The notes below the pieces were generated by a model that searched no databases, was not told where the DNA came from, and worked only from the letters and a program-made list of their open reading frames with translations. The position numbers were made by a program, and so were the translations under genes. 64,000 bases of DNA from Rebecca billardiae RCC1528 (lineage: Eukaryota; Protista; Haptophyta), in NCBI GenBank assembly GCA_965240325.2, contig OZ251235.1, positions 682,001 through 746,000 on the forward strand, written 5' to 3'. Shown here in pieces: positions 12,001 to 23,978 of the stretch (position 1 is the first letter of the stretch; each line of letters begins with the position of its first letter).

Positions 12001-14798
12001 CGCGCGCTCCGCCGCGGCGAGCGCCGCCGCCGGCCTGCAGCGCGCGGCAGAGCGCGGCGGCGCGGCGGCGCGCGGCGGCTCGACTTGCCCGCGGCCCAGC
12101 GCCCCCGAGGCCCGGGGCGGGCGGCCCGGCGCGCGGCGCGACGGCCGGGGGTGCGCGCGAGGGCCGCCCTGTCCCATCGGCGCCCTTTGACCCGCCTCGG
12201 CGGCTCGCTCCTTCGGCGCCCGCTCCGTCTCGGCGAGCGCCGCCGGCATGCAGCGCGCGGCAGAGCGCGCCGGCGGCTCGACTTGCCCGCGCCCGACGGC
12301 CCAACGCCCCCGGGGCCCGGGGCGGGCGGCCCGGCGCGCGGCGTGACGGCCGGGGGTGCGCGCGAGGGCCGCCCTGTCCCATCGGCGCCCTTCGACCCGC
12401 CTCGGCGGCTCGCTCCTCCGGCGCGCGCTCCGCCGCGGCGAGCGCCGCCGCCGGCCTGCAGCGCGCGGCAGAGCGCGCCGGCGGCTCGACTTGCCCGCTG
12501 CCCGCGGCCCAGCGCCCCCGAGGCCCGGGGCGGGCGGCCCGGCGCGCGGCGTGACGGCCGGGGGTGCGCGCGAGGGCCGCCCTGTCCCATCGGCGCCCTT
12601 CGACCCGCCTCGGCGGCTCGCTCCTCCGGCGCGCGCTCCGTCTCGGCGAGCGCCGCCGCCGGCCTGCAGCGCGCGGCAGAGCGCGCCGGCGGCTCGACTT
12701 GCCCGCTGCCCGCGGCCCAGCGCCCCCGAGGCCCGGGGCGGGCGGCCCGGCGCGCGGCGTGACGGCCGGGGGTGCGCGCGAGGGCCGCCCTGTCCCATCG
12801 GCGCCCTTTGACCTGCCTCGGCGGCTCGCTCCTTCGGCGCGCGCTCCGCCGCGCGCCGCCGGCCTGCAGCGCGCGGCAGAGCGCGGCGGCGCGCCGGCGG
12901 CTCGACTTGCCCGCTGCCCGCGGCCCAACGCCCCCGAGGCCCGGGGCGGGCGGCCCGGCGCGCGGCGTGACGGCCGGGGGTGCGCGCGAGGGCCGCCCTG
13001 TTCCCATCGGCGCCCTTTGACCCGCCTCGGCGGCTCGCTCCTTCGGCGCCCGCTCCGTCTCGGCGAGCGCCGCCGGCATGCAGCGCGCGGCAGAGCGCGC
13101 CGGCGGCTCGACTTGCCCGCGCCCGACGGCCCAACGCCCCCGGGGCCCGGGGCGGGCGGCCCGGCGCGCGGCGTGACGGCCGGGGGTGCGCGCGAGGGCC
13201 GCCCTGTCCCATCGGCGCCCTTCGACACGCCTCGGCGGCTCGCTCCTCCGGCGCGCGCTCCGCCGCGGCGAGCGCCGCCGCCGGCCTGCAGCGCGCGGCA
13301 GAGCGCGGCGGCGCGGCGGCGCGCGGCGGCTCGACTTGCCCGCGGCCCAGCGCCCCCGAGGCCCGGGGCGGGCGGCCCGGCGCGCGGCGTGACGGCCGGG
13401 GGTGCGCGCGAGGGCCGCCCTGTCCCATCGGCGCCCTTTGACCCGCCTCGGCGGCTCGCTCCTTCGGCGCCCGCTCCGTCTCGGCGAGCGCCGCCGGCAT
13501 GCAGCGCGCGGCAGAGCGCGCCGGCGGCTCGACTTGCCCGCGCCCGACGGCCCAACGCCCCCGGGGCCCGGGGCGGGCGGCCCGGCGCGCGGCGTGACGG
13601 CCGGGGGTGCGCGCGAGGGCCGCCCTGTCCCATCGGCGCCCTTCGACCCGCCTCGGCGGCTCGCTCCTCCGGCGCGCGCTCCGTCTCGGCGAGCGCCGCC
13701 GCCGGCCTGCAGCGCGCGGCAGAGCGCGCCGGCGGCTCGACTTGCCCGCTGCCCGCGGCCCAGCGCCCCCGAGGCCCGGGGCGGGCGGCCCGGCGCGCGG
13801 CGTGACGGCCGGGGGTGCGCGCGAGGGCCGCCCTGTCCCATCGGCGCCCTTTGACCCGCCTCGGCGGCTCGCTCCTTCGGCGCGCGCTCCGTCTCGGCGA
13901 GCGCCGCCGCCGGCCTGCAGCGCGCGGCAGAGCGCGCCGGCGGCTCGACTTGCCCGCTGCCCGCGGCCCAACGCCCCCGAGGCCCGGGGCGGGCGGCCCG
14001 GCGCGCGGCGCGACGGCCGGGGGTGCGCGCGAGGGCCGCCCTGTTCCCATCGGCGCCCTTTGACCCGCCTCGGCGGCTCGCTCCTTCGGCGCCCGCTCCG
14101 TCTCGGCGAGCGCCGCCGGCATGCAGCGCGCGGCAGAGCGCGCCGGCGGCTCGACTTGCCCGCGCCCGACGGCCCAACGCCCCCGGGGCCCGGGGCGGGC
14201 GGCCCGGCGCGCGGCGTGACGGCCGGGGGTGCGCGCGAGGGCCGCCCTGTCCCATCGGCGCCCTTCGACCCGCCTCGGCGGCTCGCTCCTCCGGCGCGCG
14301 CTCCGCCGCGGCGAGCGCCGCCGCCGGCCTGCAGCGCGCGGCAGAGCGCGGCGGCGCGGCGGCGCGCGGCGGCTCGACTTGCCCGCGGCCCAGCGCCCCC
14401 GAGGCCCGGGGCGGGCGGCCCGGCGCGCGGCGTGACGGCCGGGGGTGCGCGCGAGGGCCGCCCTGTCCCATCGGCGCCCTTTGACCCGCCTCGGCGGCTC
14501 GCTCCTTCGGCGCGCGCTCCGCCGCGCGCCGCCGGCCTGCAGCGCGCGGCAGAGCGCGGCGGCGCGGCGGCGCGCGACTTGCCCGCTGCCCGCGGCCCAG
14601 CGCCCCCGAGGCCCGGGGCGGGCGGCCCGGCGCGCGGCGTGACGGCCGGGGGTGCGCGCGAGGGCCGCCCTGTCCCATCGGCGCCCTTCGACCCGCCTCG
14701 GCGGCTCGCTCCTCCGGCGCGCGCTCCGTCTCGGCGAGCGCCGCCGCCGGCCTGCAGCGCGCGGCAGAGCGCGCCGGCGGCTCGACTTGCCCGCTGCC
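1..14798. repeat. GC-rich tandem satellite, monomers 205-216 bp (~71 copies, continues off the left edge), with higher-order repeat structure
   Basis: GTGCGCGCGAGGGCCGCCCTGTCCCATCGGCGCCCTT recurs at 204, 409, 617, 825, 1033 ... 14445, 14652. Spacings are 205/206/207/208/215/216 bp. The last monomer breaks off after GACTTGCCCGCTGCC at 14798. Confidence 0.98.
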
Positions 14799-14853
14799 TC
14801 TCCTCGTGGGGCTGGTGGCCGCGTTGCTCCCACGCTGCGCGTGCCAGGCGCCG

Positions 14854-15654
14854 ATGGCTATGCAGCGGTACGCTTCTCTACGGGACTGTAAGTGCCTCCA
14901 ACCGACGCGCATCCTCGACGTGGGCGCCAACCGCGGCACGTGGACGAAGATGATGCGGGGAGTGTTCCCGCACGCGCAGTTTGTGATGGTCGAGGCGAAC
15001 GCCGAGCACAGCGCGGCGCTCAAGCTGCAGCAGGTGCCGTTCAAGATCGCGCTGCTGGGCAACGAGACGCGCCCGGTCACGTGGTACCGCAGCCCCGTCA
15101 CCGCCCAGCCCGGCCAGAAGGGCTTTCTGGACACCGGGAATTCGATCTTCAGGGAGCGGACGAAGTGGGCGCACAAGCGCGTGACAGAGACTCGGCAGAT
15201 GCAGCGGCTGGACGACCTGTTCCCCGACGAGACGTTCGGGCTGATCAAGCTCGACGTGCAGGGTGCCGAGCAGATGGTCGTGCAGGGCGGCCGCCGCCTC
15301 TTCGGCCGCGCGCAGGCCGTGCAGCTCGAGCTGTCCGTGCTCGGTCTGAGCGAGGGCGCGCCCCTCTGGTCGGAGGTGCAGGCGTTCATGCGCGTGCTCG
15401 GCTTTGTGCCGATCGACATCCTGGAGGTGCACTACATCAGCAACATGCTCGCGCAGGTCGACGTCCTCTTCGTGCCCGAGGGCGGCCGCGTCGCGATCAT
15501 GTGCGCGGCCACGGCGCGCATCTGGTCGCGCCCGCAGCCAGGGCTCGGCCGGATGAAGCAGCGCCGACGTGAACAGACTTCTGAACAGCAGCCGGCACCG
15601 GTCGTCACCGACAGCAGGAGTCTCAGCGCCGCGGGCAGCCCGTCGCCAGGGTAG
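14854..15654 (+). CDS. FkbM-family (Methyltransf_21-type) SAM-dependent methyltransferase; the reading frame is open upstream into the satellite
   Basis: ILDVGANRG (SAM motif I), MVEAN, RLDDL and LIKLDVQGAE are FkbM hallmarks. First ATG 14854, stop TAG 15652-15654. An in-frame hydrophobic stretch LPLLVGLVAALL lies upstream of the ATG. Confidence 0.88.
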   Translation: MAMQRYASLRDCKCLQPTRILDVGANRGTWTKMMRGVFPHAQFVMVEANAEHSAALKLQQVPFKIALLGNETRPVTWYRSPVTAQPGQKGFLDTGNSIFRERTKWAHKRVTETRQMQRLDDLFPDETFGLIKLDVQGAEQMVVQGGRRLFGRAQAVQLELSVLGLSEGAPLWSEVQAFMRVLGFVPIDILEVHYISNMLAQVDVLFVPEGGRVAIMCAATARIWSRPQPGLGRMKQRRREQTSEQQPAPVVTDSRSLSAAGSPSPG

Positions 15655-16422
15655 CAGCGCAGGGCAGCGCAGCGCAGAGAGCTCGCGTGATAGATCATCG
15701 TCATCCCCGCCGGCGCTGTGTCCGGGGCATAAGCAGGCGGCTGACTCTGACCCGCGTCTGTCACTCAGACTCAGTCAGTCAGTCGTCGTCGATCATCGTC
15801 ACCCGCCACCGGTCACGATCGGGACACTCGTCACACTGTCACTCACCGCGCGGGCGGCCAGTCGTCACTGTCGTCAGTACGACCGCGGGCAGCAGGTCGT
15901 CCTAAGAGTGACTCCCGCCTGATGTACGGTCTCCTGTCACTAACTATACCGGCTGCTATAATACCGCCGGCGTCAGCCGGCAGGCCCGCCGGCGCGCAGC
16001 GGCAGCCGGTGAGTTTTATTCGTCGATCACTGCTCATCAGTGACGACGACAGTAGACTGCTACGACTCTGATGAGAATACTAGTAGTATACTACGTAGTA
16101 GTCACTCTAACGACGAGTTTTTAGCGTAACGACTTACGACAGACTCAGCACGGACTCTCACTGACCGTCATCTGACTATATCAGATATTTATAAAATAGC
16201 AGTCTCACTGCTCAGATAGAGAGATGATCGAGTCGAGTAATCCGCGATAGCACGGACACCGTGCGCAGTAGTTGTAGTCAGTGCACTACGACTCAGTAGT
16301 GCATGTACGTATACGACTGTAGTGGAGTCTCTCCGCTCGATCGTCTCGTCGTCTTGCGTCATCGCCGCGCGGCGGCGGCGCGCGGCGCGCGCAGCACCAA
16401 TTATACCAAATAATACCAATAA

Positions 16423-18133
16423 TGGCCCGCGGTGCAGGCGGAGCGCGCAGCGTGGAGCCCGCACCAGCGGGCCCGAACCACGTTTCAAAAAGATCTTTGA
16501 TCAAGAAAAAAGGGACGGGGGGCGATTTTTAGGGCTGGCGGAGACCGAGTTTCGATTTTTGAGACCCTCTCTACACATGCATTACGGAGAAAAAACCGCG
16601 CCCACACTATTCCCCGAATCAATCGTGGACGGCCGGGCGTGAGTGTGAAGTAGGACGGTTACAAGTCCAATACAAGCGTCAGCTTCTTTGAGGCGCTATT
16701 TTTACACATCGTTAGCGGCAAAATCTTCATCACGGGGTCGTATTCACGCTGGAGAACATGTACAGCGCTTCGTATCCATGTATATCATAGTTTGCCTCCG
16801 CCTTGATGAATATACGAACTTGGCTTCGCGGCGGTTGGTATCTAGAGTCTAAAACCCGCAAGCCTTATTGAAAATACCCGCGCAGCTATTCGTTGCCAGC
16901 CCATTCCATAGTCACTGACTTACCGAGCTGGCGAGCTCAAAACCTGCCCAAGGACGTGTGCAGGTTTTCTTCGTTCGGGGGTGGCGAGCGAGCCGCGACG
17001 ACTCTCGTCAACGGTCCAAGGGGGCGCTCGATGGGCACGGGTGCGCGTGGCGAGTGCCGAGTGGCGCCTGGAGCGCGCGTCTGCGGCGGGTCCCGACGGC
17101 CGTCGACATCGCGTTCGTGCCCGCTCACTAGTCACTCCGCACGCCCCTGCCGCGCCCTGTCGATGCCTGCGCGGCCGGCCGCGCGGCCGCGAGCCGCGCC
17201 GCCGCAGCCGCCGCCCTGTGTTCGGGCTCTCGCAAGCTCGGGGGCAGCGGCGCATGATGCCGGACTGATCGATCTCTGAGTCTCCGACATCACCACACGC
17301 CCCCCTTGCCATGCCTCGCCGCCAGGGTCTCCCAGAACTCTTCTTCAGAGCAGGCGCAAGTCGAACTGGCCGCGGCCCTGCCGCGCCGTCGGCTCCCCGT
17401 GGCTGTCAGCTCCGCGTGGCCTGGGCGCCTGGCGTGCCCAGAGCTGGCCGTGCCTCTGCGACGCGTGCCGAGCCTGACCGAGGTGTGTCACCCCGTGCAC
17501 GCGCGGCGCGCGCAAGCACCGGTGCTGCATGGCTGCTCGCACCGTGCTCCCTGGCTCGGTCAGTCAGCTCGGCCGCGTGGCCGCCTGGTGTGCACGTAGA
17601 GTCGCGCTCATGCGTCGCTCACGCCTCGCGCCCGCCTGTCGGCCGTCGCGCAGGCGCGCAGGTCGAACCCTACTGACCTGCAGATCATCTACTCCTGCGC
17701 TGCTGGCGTCGCGGCGACGACGGTCAGCGACAGGCCCGAACGAAGTCGATCGAATCCGCGGTCCCGCGCCGTCGGCTCCCTGGCTGTCAGTCAGCTCCGC
17801 CGGTGGCCTGGCGTGCAAGAGTCGCGCTCGTGCGTCGATCACGCCGAGTCGCATCCGCCTGTCGGCCGTCGCGCACGCGCAGGGGGTCAGGTAAGGGCCG
17901 TCTGTGATGTGAGGGCAGCTCGGCCGACGACCGACATCCACACTCGGCGCACGCCAGCCGCCGACGCGCCCGCGCCCGGCCGGCCGGCCGGGCCGGCGGC
18001 GGCGCGGCGCTGGGCGGCGCGCCGCTGGATGGAGTCTAGTTACGTACGGGACGACTGCGACGGAGGGTGCACCGCCACCGCGGGCCCGCCCGAACTACGT
18101 TCGTTCTACGGAAAAGGACCGCGGAACGCGGTC
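16423..18133 (+). mobile_element. Non-autonomous Helentron/Helitron2-like element, copy 1 (~1.7 kb)
   Basis: 5' end TGGCCCGCGGTGCA. Subterminal inverted copy TGCACCGC(CACCGC)GGGCC at 18068-18086. Terminal hairpin GACCGCG-GAA-CGCGGTC at 18117-18133. Both ends (~140 bp and ~80 bp) match the inverted copy at 57461-59596. AT-rich flanks; no transposase. Confidence 0.62.
17385..17885 (+). repeat. Three degenerate copies of an internal motif inside element copy 1
   Basis: GCTCCC(C/T)GGCT..TCAGCTC.GC..TGGCC...TGG(C/T)GTGC at ~17390, ~17545 and ~17772. Copies 2 and 3 continue with AGAGTCGCGCTC.TGCGTCG.TCACGCC...CCGCCTGTCGGCCGTCGCGCA. Confidence 0.7.
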
Positions 18134-18157
18134 ATAATCGTATATAGCAGATGATAG

Positions 18158-18161
<4 letters not shown>

Positions 18162-18188
<27 letters not shown>
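18162..18188. repeat. (TA)n microsatellite next to the 3' end of element copy 1
   Basis: TATATA... run seen directly. Similar runs occur at ~33670-33688, ~57419-57430 and ~59671-59684. Confidence 0.9.
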
Positions 18189-18193
<5 letters not shown>

Positions 18194-18372
18194 CTGCTGA
18201 TCAAGCAGACGCGGACCGTCCATCGACTCCGATCTGCAGTCGTACGACTCGTAGTAGTGGCGATATACTGTAGCTGTATGGCAGTATGCGACAAGAGTCG
18301 TCGATCATCAGCGAGCAGCAGCACAGCGCCGAGCGCGAGCAGCAGCAGTGACCTGCTCATCAGAGAGTCATC

Positions 18373-19609
18373 TCACCTGCGGTTGAGCACGTGCAGGCTC
18401 CAGCTCGGCGCGGTCGTGCGCAGCGTCGGGCCGCCCGGCAGGCTGCGGCTGGCCGCGGCCCCGTCGTGCGTCGCTCCACTGCTCGCACGGCCGGCGCCAA
18501 AGCTGCCGGCGTCCGCGCCGGCAGGCCCGCCCGTGGCGTGCGGCGGCGTGGCCGAGTGCGGCGCGGGCCGGCCGGCCACGGCGCTGCTCGTGCTCGCCGC
18601 GCGAGCCGGCCGGGCCGCGGCGCTCCTCGCGCCGTGCGCGCTCGACGGCCGCGGCGCGTTCGCCGCCGGGCGCGCGCCCACGAGCAGCGCGCGCGCCGGC
18701 TCGCGCTGCCGCACCGTGTGCGTGCGGCCGCGCGCGAACGTGTGGCCGACGCGCGGCGCGCTCGGCGTGTGCGCGGCGCCGGGCGCACGCGCGCCGTCGG
18801 CGGACGCGCTGGCGCGCGCCGGGGGCGCTGCCGCCGAGGCTGGGCGCGCGGCGCGCTGCGACGCGCCGCCGGCCGACGCGCCGTCTCGCGCGCCGGCCGC
18901 GCCGGGCGGCGCCGGCGCGGCGCCGGCGCTCGCAGGTCGCGGGCGGCGCGTGACGGTGGCGGCGGTCACGCCGGCGCACACGGGTGCGGCGGAGGCGGAA
19001 CCGGAGGCGGAGGCGGAGGCGGAGCTGCCGCACGCCGCGCAGCTGCCCGGCCGCGCGCCGAGCACGCCGCTCGCACCGCCGCCCGCGCTGCCTTCACTCA
19101 GGCTTGCGCTCGGCGCCGCCGCCGCGCCGTCCGCATGCTGCGGGCGCGGCGCCGGGGCGCGCGCGCCGTCGCCGCGCCGCGCCGCCTCCGAGCGCTGCGC
19201 GGCCGCGTGCGGCGCGGCGGCGGCGGCGGCGGCGTCGCTCGGCGCCGCGTCGACGCTCGCGCTCACGTCGAACGTCACCATCGACGCCGTGCACTCGGGC
19301 GGCGGCGCGAAGCCAACAGTGCTCGGCACAGCGTGCGGCGCGCGCGCGCCGGCCATGTGCGCGCCCGGCGTGCGGCGCGGCGGCGCGCCGCGCGCCGCCG
19401 CGCCGGCCGCAGAGGAGGCGGGGGCGCGCGACGCGGCGCCGCCCGGCTGCGCCGTCGGCGCGGGCCAGGCCGCGCCCCGCGCCCACGCCGAGTGCGGCGC
19501 CGTGCGCGGCCGCGCGTTGTCCCACTGCCGGTTCAGCGACAGGAGCGCTTCGCGCGCGGCCGCGCGCTCCGCGCGGCGCGCAAGCGAGGCAGCCTCGGCG
19601 AGCGGCGGC

Positions 19610-19643
<34 letters not shown>

Positions 19644-22600
19644 AGGCGGTGTCTGGCACGTCGGCGGCGGATGCGCCGGCCGGGCGCGCGGCGCCGCTCG
19701 AGCCGGACGCGCTCGCAGGCAGCGCCGCGGCCGACTCCGCCACGGCCATCGGCGTGGGCGGCGCGCCGCGCGCCGCGCCACTCCGACTCACGGCATTTGT
19801 CGATCGCGCCGCCGCACCGGCAGGCGGCGAGGCGGCGCGTGCGGCCACCCTGCGCCGCGCAGCCGCGCGCCGCTCGAGCGCGGCCACGAGCGTGCGCTCG
19901 TGCTCGATCTGCCGCCGCACCGTCGCGAGCTCGCGCGCCGCGCGCGCCTCGGCATGCGCGCGCTGCGCCGCGCGCGCGTCGGCGCGCGCGCGCCGCGCCA
20001 CGCCCCTCTGCGTGGCGCGGCCGCCGGCGCCAGCCGCCGGCGCAGCTGGGCTCGGGTGCGCGCCGCCATCCGCGCTGGCGGCGGCCGCGTCGGCGTCGTC
20101 GGCGTCGTCGTCGCTCTCGGCAGCGTCCGCGTCGCGCGCGTCCGCCTCCTCCTCCGAGCCCGCCGACGCAGAGCTGCGCTCGGGCGAGCCGCCGCCGTCG
20201 CCGCCGCCGCCGTCGCCGTCGTCGCCGCCGTCGCCGCTGCCGCCATCGCTGCCGCCGCTGTCGTCGTCCAAGCTGGCGGCGGTCTCGGCGGCGGCAGCGT
20301 CTGTGGCGGCGGCGTGCACCTCGCGCCGCGAGCGCGGGCCCGCTGGCGCGGACGCGCGGCGGCGCGCGCTCCGCGCCCTCCCGCGCGCGGTGCGCGCGCC
20401 CTTGGCGCCGGCCGCGCGCGCCGCCTCCGCCTCCGCCTCGGCCGCGCGCGCCCGCGCCGCCATCTGAGTCAGCAAGTGCTGCTGCTGCGCCGCCGCCGCC
20501 TCGAGCGCGCTCGTCGCCGCGCGCCGCGCGCGCACCGCGGCGCGGACGCGCGCGAGGTGCGCGCGCGCGATCACCTGCGCGGCGTGCACGCGGGGCGCGC
20601 GGCGCAGCCGGGGCGCGGCTGCTCACACCGTCAGCCACGCGCCGCCCAGCCAGCGCGAGCGCGCTGCGCGCGGCGCGCTGCGCGCGGCGCGCGCGGCGCG
20701 CGCGGCGCGTGGGCGCGCGCGCTCGGCGCGCGCACCGCGTGCGCCGTCGCGCGCTGCCTCTCGGCGCGCGCGTCGGCCTCGTCGCGCGCGGCGCGCGCCG
20801 CCTCCGCCGCCTCCGCCTCCGCCCTCGCCTCCGCCTCCGCCGCCTCCGCCGCCGTGGCCGCGCGCACGCGCACCAACACCGCCTGCAGCTCGGCAGCGGC
20901 CACCGTCTCTTCGTGGTGCCACGCTGTGTCGCGCATGGCGCGCAGCAGCGAGCGGCGGAGGCGGCGCGGGTGCGCGTCGGAGGCGGCGAGGAGGCCGAGC
21001 GTCTCGCGCTTCACCGCGTGCATGTCGCCGAGCAGCCTCCCGCGCGTGCGCAGCCGCAGCAGCGCGAGCGCCGCCCGCTCCTGCAGCAGCGCGCGCGAGG
21101 CAGAGCGCAGCGCGGCCGCGCGCTCGGCGCGCGCGGCCGCGTGCGCGCGCCCAGCCTCGGCCGCGGCGCTCGAGTCGCCGCCGTCGCGCAGCCGGGCGAG
21201 CGCGACGACGAGCGAGCCGACGCGCTGCCGCGCGAGCAGCGCCAGACGCGCGCCCGCGTCCGCCGCGAGCTCGGCCAGCCCGCCCTCGAGCCGCGCCGCC
21301 GCGGCGCGCAGCGCCGCGGCCGCGGCCGCGTCGGCGGCCGCGGCGGCGGCCGCGGCGCGGCGCGCGCGCGAGCGCGCGGCCGCCTCCGCGCCGCGCGCGC
21401 CGCCGACGCGCGGCGGCGCGTCGGGCGGGCCGGGGTCGATCGCGAGCTCGCGCAGCGCGCCCTCCAGATCGGCCCACGCGCGCTCGAGCTCCGCGCGCGG
21501 CACGATCAGCAGCGGCGGCGCCGGCGGCGCCGCGCCCGCCTCCGCCAGCACTCGCGCCAAGCGCGCCGGCGGCTCGGCGCGCGCGCAGCCGCGCACGCGC
21601 GCCGTGAACGCGCGTGCACACAGCGCGCCGACGCTGCCGCCGAGCGAGGCGTCGGGCTCGGCGTCGGCGTCGGCGTCGGCGCCCTCCTCCCGCGCGGGCG
21701 GCGCGCCGCGCAGCAGCGCCTCGAGCGCGGCGGGCACGAGCGCGCGCGGCCGCGCACTCGACTCGGCCGCAGCGGCCGCGCGCGCGCCACTGCCCTCCGC
21801 CGCGCCTGCCGCGCGCGCGTCCGCGAGCGACACCGCTTCGGCGGGCACGCCGAGCGCGGCGCCGTCGGCGCCGAGCGCGGCCGGATGCGCCGTCGCGACG
21901 AGGTGCGCGGGGAGCAGCAGCTCGCGCCAGGCCGCATCGTCCCCGGCGCCACCGCCGCCGCCGGCCGGCGCGGCGCCGCTCGCGGCACCGCCGTCAACCC
22001 AGCCGTCAACGGCGGCGCGGCGGTGGCGGCTCTCAGCGTCGGCGTCGGCGCGGCGCGCACCGCCGATCGGCCCCGGCGGCGCCGCCGCGTGCGCCACGCC
22101 CGGCGGCACGCGCGCGCAGCTCAGCGTCGCCGCGCCGCGCACGGCCGCGTGCGCGGGCGTGAGCGCGCTGAGCGCGAGCCGCGCGCCCGCCTCGCGCGCC
22201 GCGTCGGCGCGCAGCGCGGCGGTGGCGATGGCGGCGTCAAGCGCCCACAGGGCGGCGCGGCGGAACGGGCCGCGCCGCGCCGCGCGCACGGCCTCGAGAG
22301 CCGCCGCCTCCTCCGCCGAGCCGCGCTCGCCGCCGCCCGCGTCGCGCCGCTCGCTGCGAGCGCCGCCGCCGCCGTCGTCCGCGCCGGCCGCGCGGTCCGG
22401 CCGCGCCGGCGGCGGCGCGCCGCGCGGCGGGCGGCGCACCTTGGTCGCCGCCGCCTCGCCTGCCCCGAACTGTGCGGCGCCGAGCGCGAGGCGCAGCGTC
22501 GGGTCGGCCGCGCCGTCCGGCTGCGCGCCCGCGCCGTCGCCCTCCGCGCCGGCGTCACTCCCGCCGTCATCGGCGTCGCCGTCGTCGGCGCCGCCGTCGG

Positions 22601-23932
22601 CGTCGCCGCCGCCGGCGCCGCCGCCGGCCGCGCTGAGGCGCGCGCCAAGCCACTCGGCTGCGGCTGCGGTGCGGGCGGCGCGTCCGCGGCGGCGCGCGCG
22701 CGCTCCCGGCTCGTCCTCCGCCTCGTCGGCGGTGCCGCCGTCGGTGCCGCCGTCGTCGTCGCTGCCCGCCGCGAGCGCCGCGCCGCCGCCCTCGCCCTCG
22801 CCTCCACCGCCGCCGCCCTCCGCCTCCGCCGCCGCGCCCGGCGCGCCGTGCGCGGCCGCGGCCAGGGGCAACACGCGCGCGCCGCCCTCGGCGCCGCCTC
22901 CGAGCAGCGCGCAGAGCTCGTGAGCAGGCTGCTCGCGCAGCGCCATCTCGGAGCACGCGCGCACGCGCTCGCGCCACCACGCCTCCGCGTGCGCGCGCGT
23001 GGGCAGCGGCGCGCACGGCGCGAGCAGCGCGTTGGAGCTGTCGGCGCCGCCGCCGGTCCGCCACAGCGTCGCGAGCGCGGCCGCGCGCGCCTCGGCCGCG
23101 GCGCGGCGCGCGCGCACGTGCGCGCGCGCGAGCGCGACGCCATCGGCGAGCGGGCGCGCGCACGCGCCGCACGCGTGCGCGAGCACGCGCCGCGAGTGCG
23201 CGCGCGCGTCGCGCAGCGCGCCCGCCGCGCGCGCGTGCGCGCGCCCGCCGAGCGCGCAGATGGCCGCGCGCGCGCGCACGGTGACAGCGAGCGCGCGCGG
23301 CGCGCGCAGCAGCCCCAGCGCGCGCCGCACGGCCGGGTCGAGCGAGTCGGCACCGCCCGGCGGCGCGCCCGCCGCGCCGGCGTACGAGGGCCCGCGGTGC
23401 CACGCGCGCGCGAGCGCGCCCGCGCCCCCCTCCGCGCCCGCGCCCGCCTCCGCCGCCGCGTCCACGTGCGCGCGCGCGTCCGCGGCGCACGGCGCGCGCT
23501 CGGCGCACGCCGCGGCCGCGCCGCGCGCGCCGCCGCCGAGCGCGAGCGAGGCGGCGGGCTCGAGCGCGCGCAGCGCGGCGGCGAGCTCTGCGCACTCAGC
23601 GAGCGCGCGCGCCTCCGCGCGCGCCGCCGCCGCGCACCCGCCGCCGCCCGCCACCGCGCCGCGCTCGCGCGCCACCGCCGCGTCGACCGCCGCCGCGTCA
23701 TGCGCCTCGCCGAGCGCCGCGACCAGCTCAGAGCGCAGCAGCGCGGCGCACGCGTGCACGCACGCGGCGGCATGCGCCGTCGGCGCGGGCCGCGCGCCGC
23801 CGCCGCCGCCGCCGCCGCCGAGTGCCCTGGCCGCGTCCGCGTCCACCCGCGCGCGCACCTCGCACAGAATCGCGTGCGCTGCCTCCGCCCGAGACAGCCC
23901 GCCGCCGCCCTCGCCCTCAGACCGAGGGCATC

Positions 23933-23978
<46 letters not shown>

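Noticed and set aside
1-14798. CRISPR array or tRNA/SINE-derived tandem genes (CTTCGACCC resembles a B box)
   Set aside because: No unique spacers, no cas genes, eukaryotic context; no A box or cloverleaf could be built.
138-14953. Dozens of Arg/Ala/Pro-rich ORFs in the satellite
   Set aside because: Translations of a stop-poor GC repeat; frames switch with monomer length and starts are GTG/TTG.
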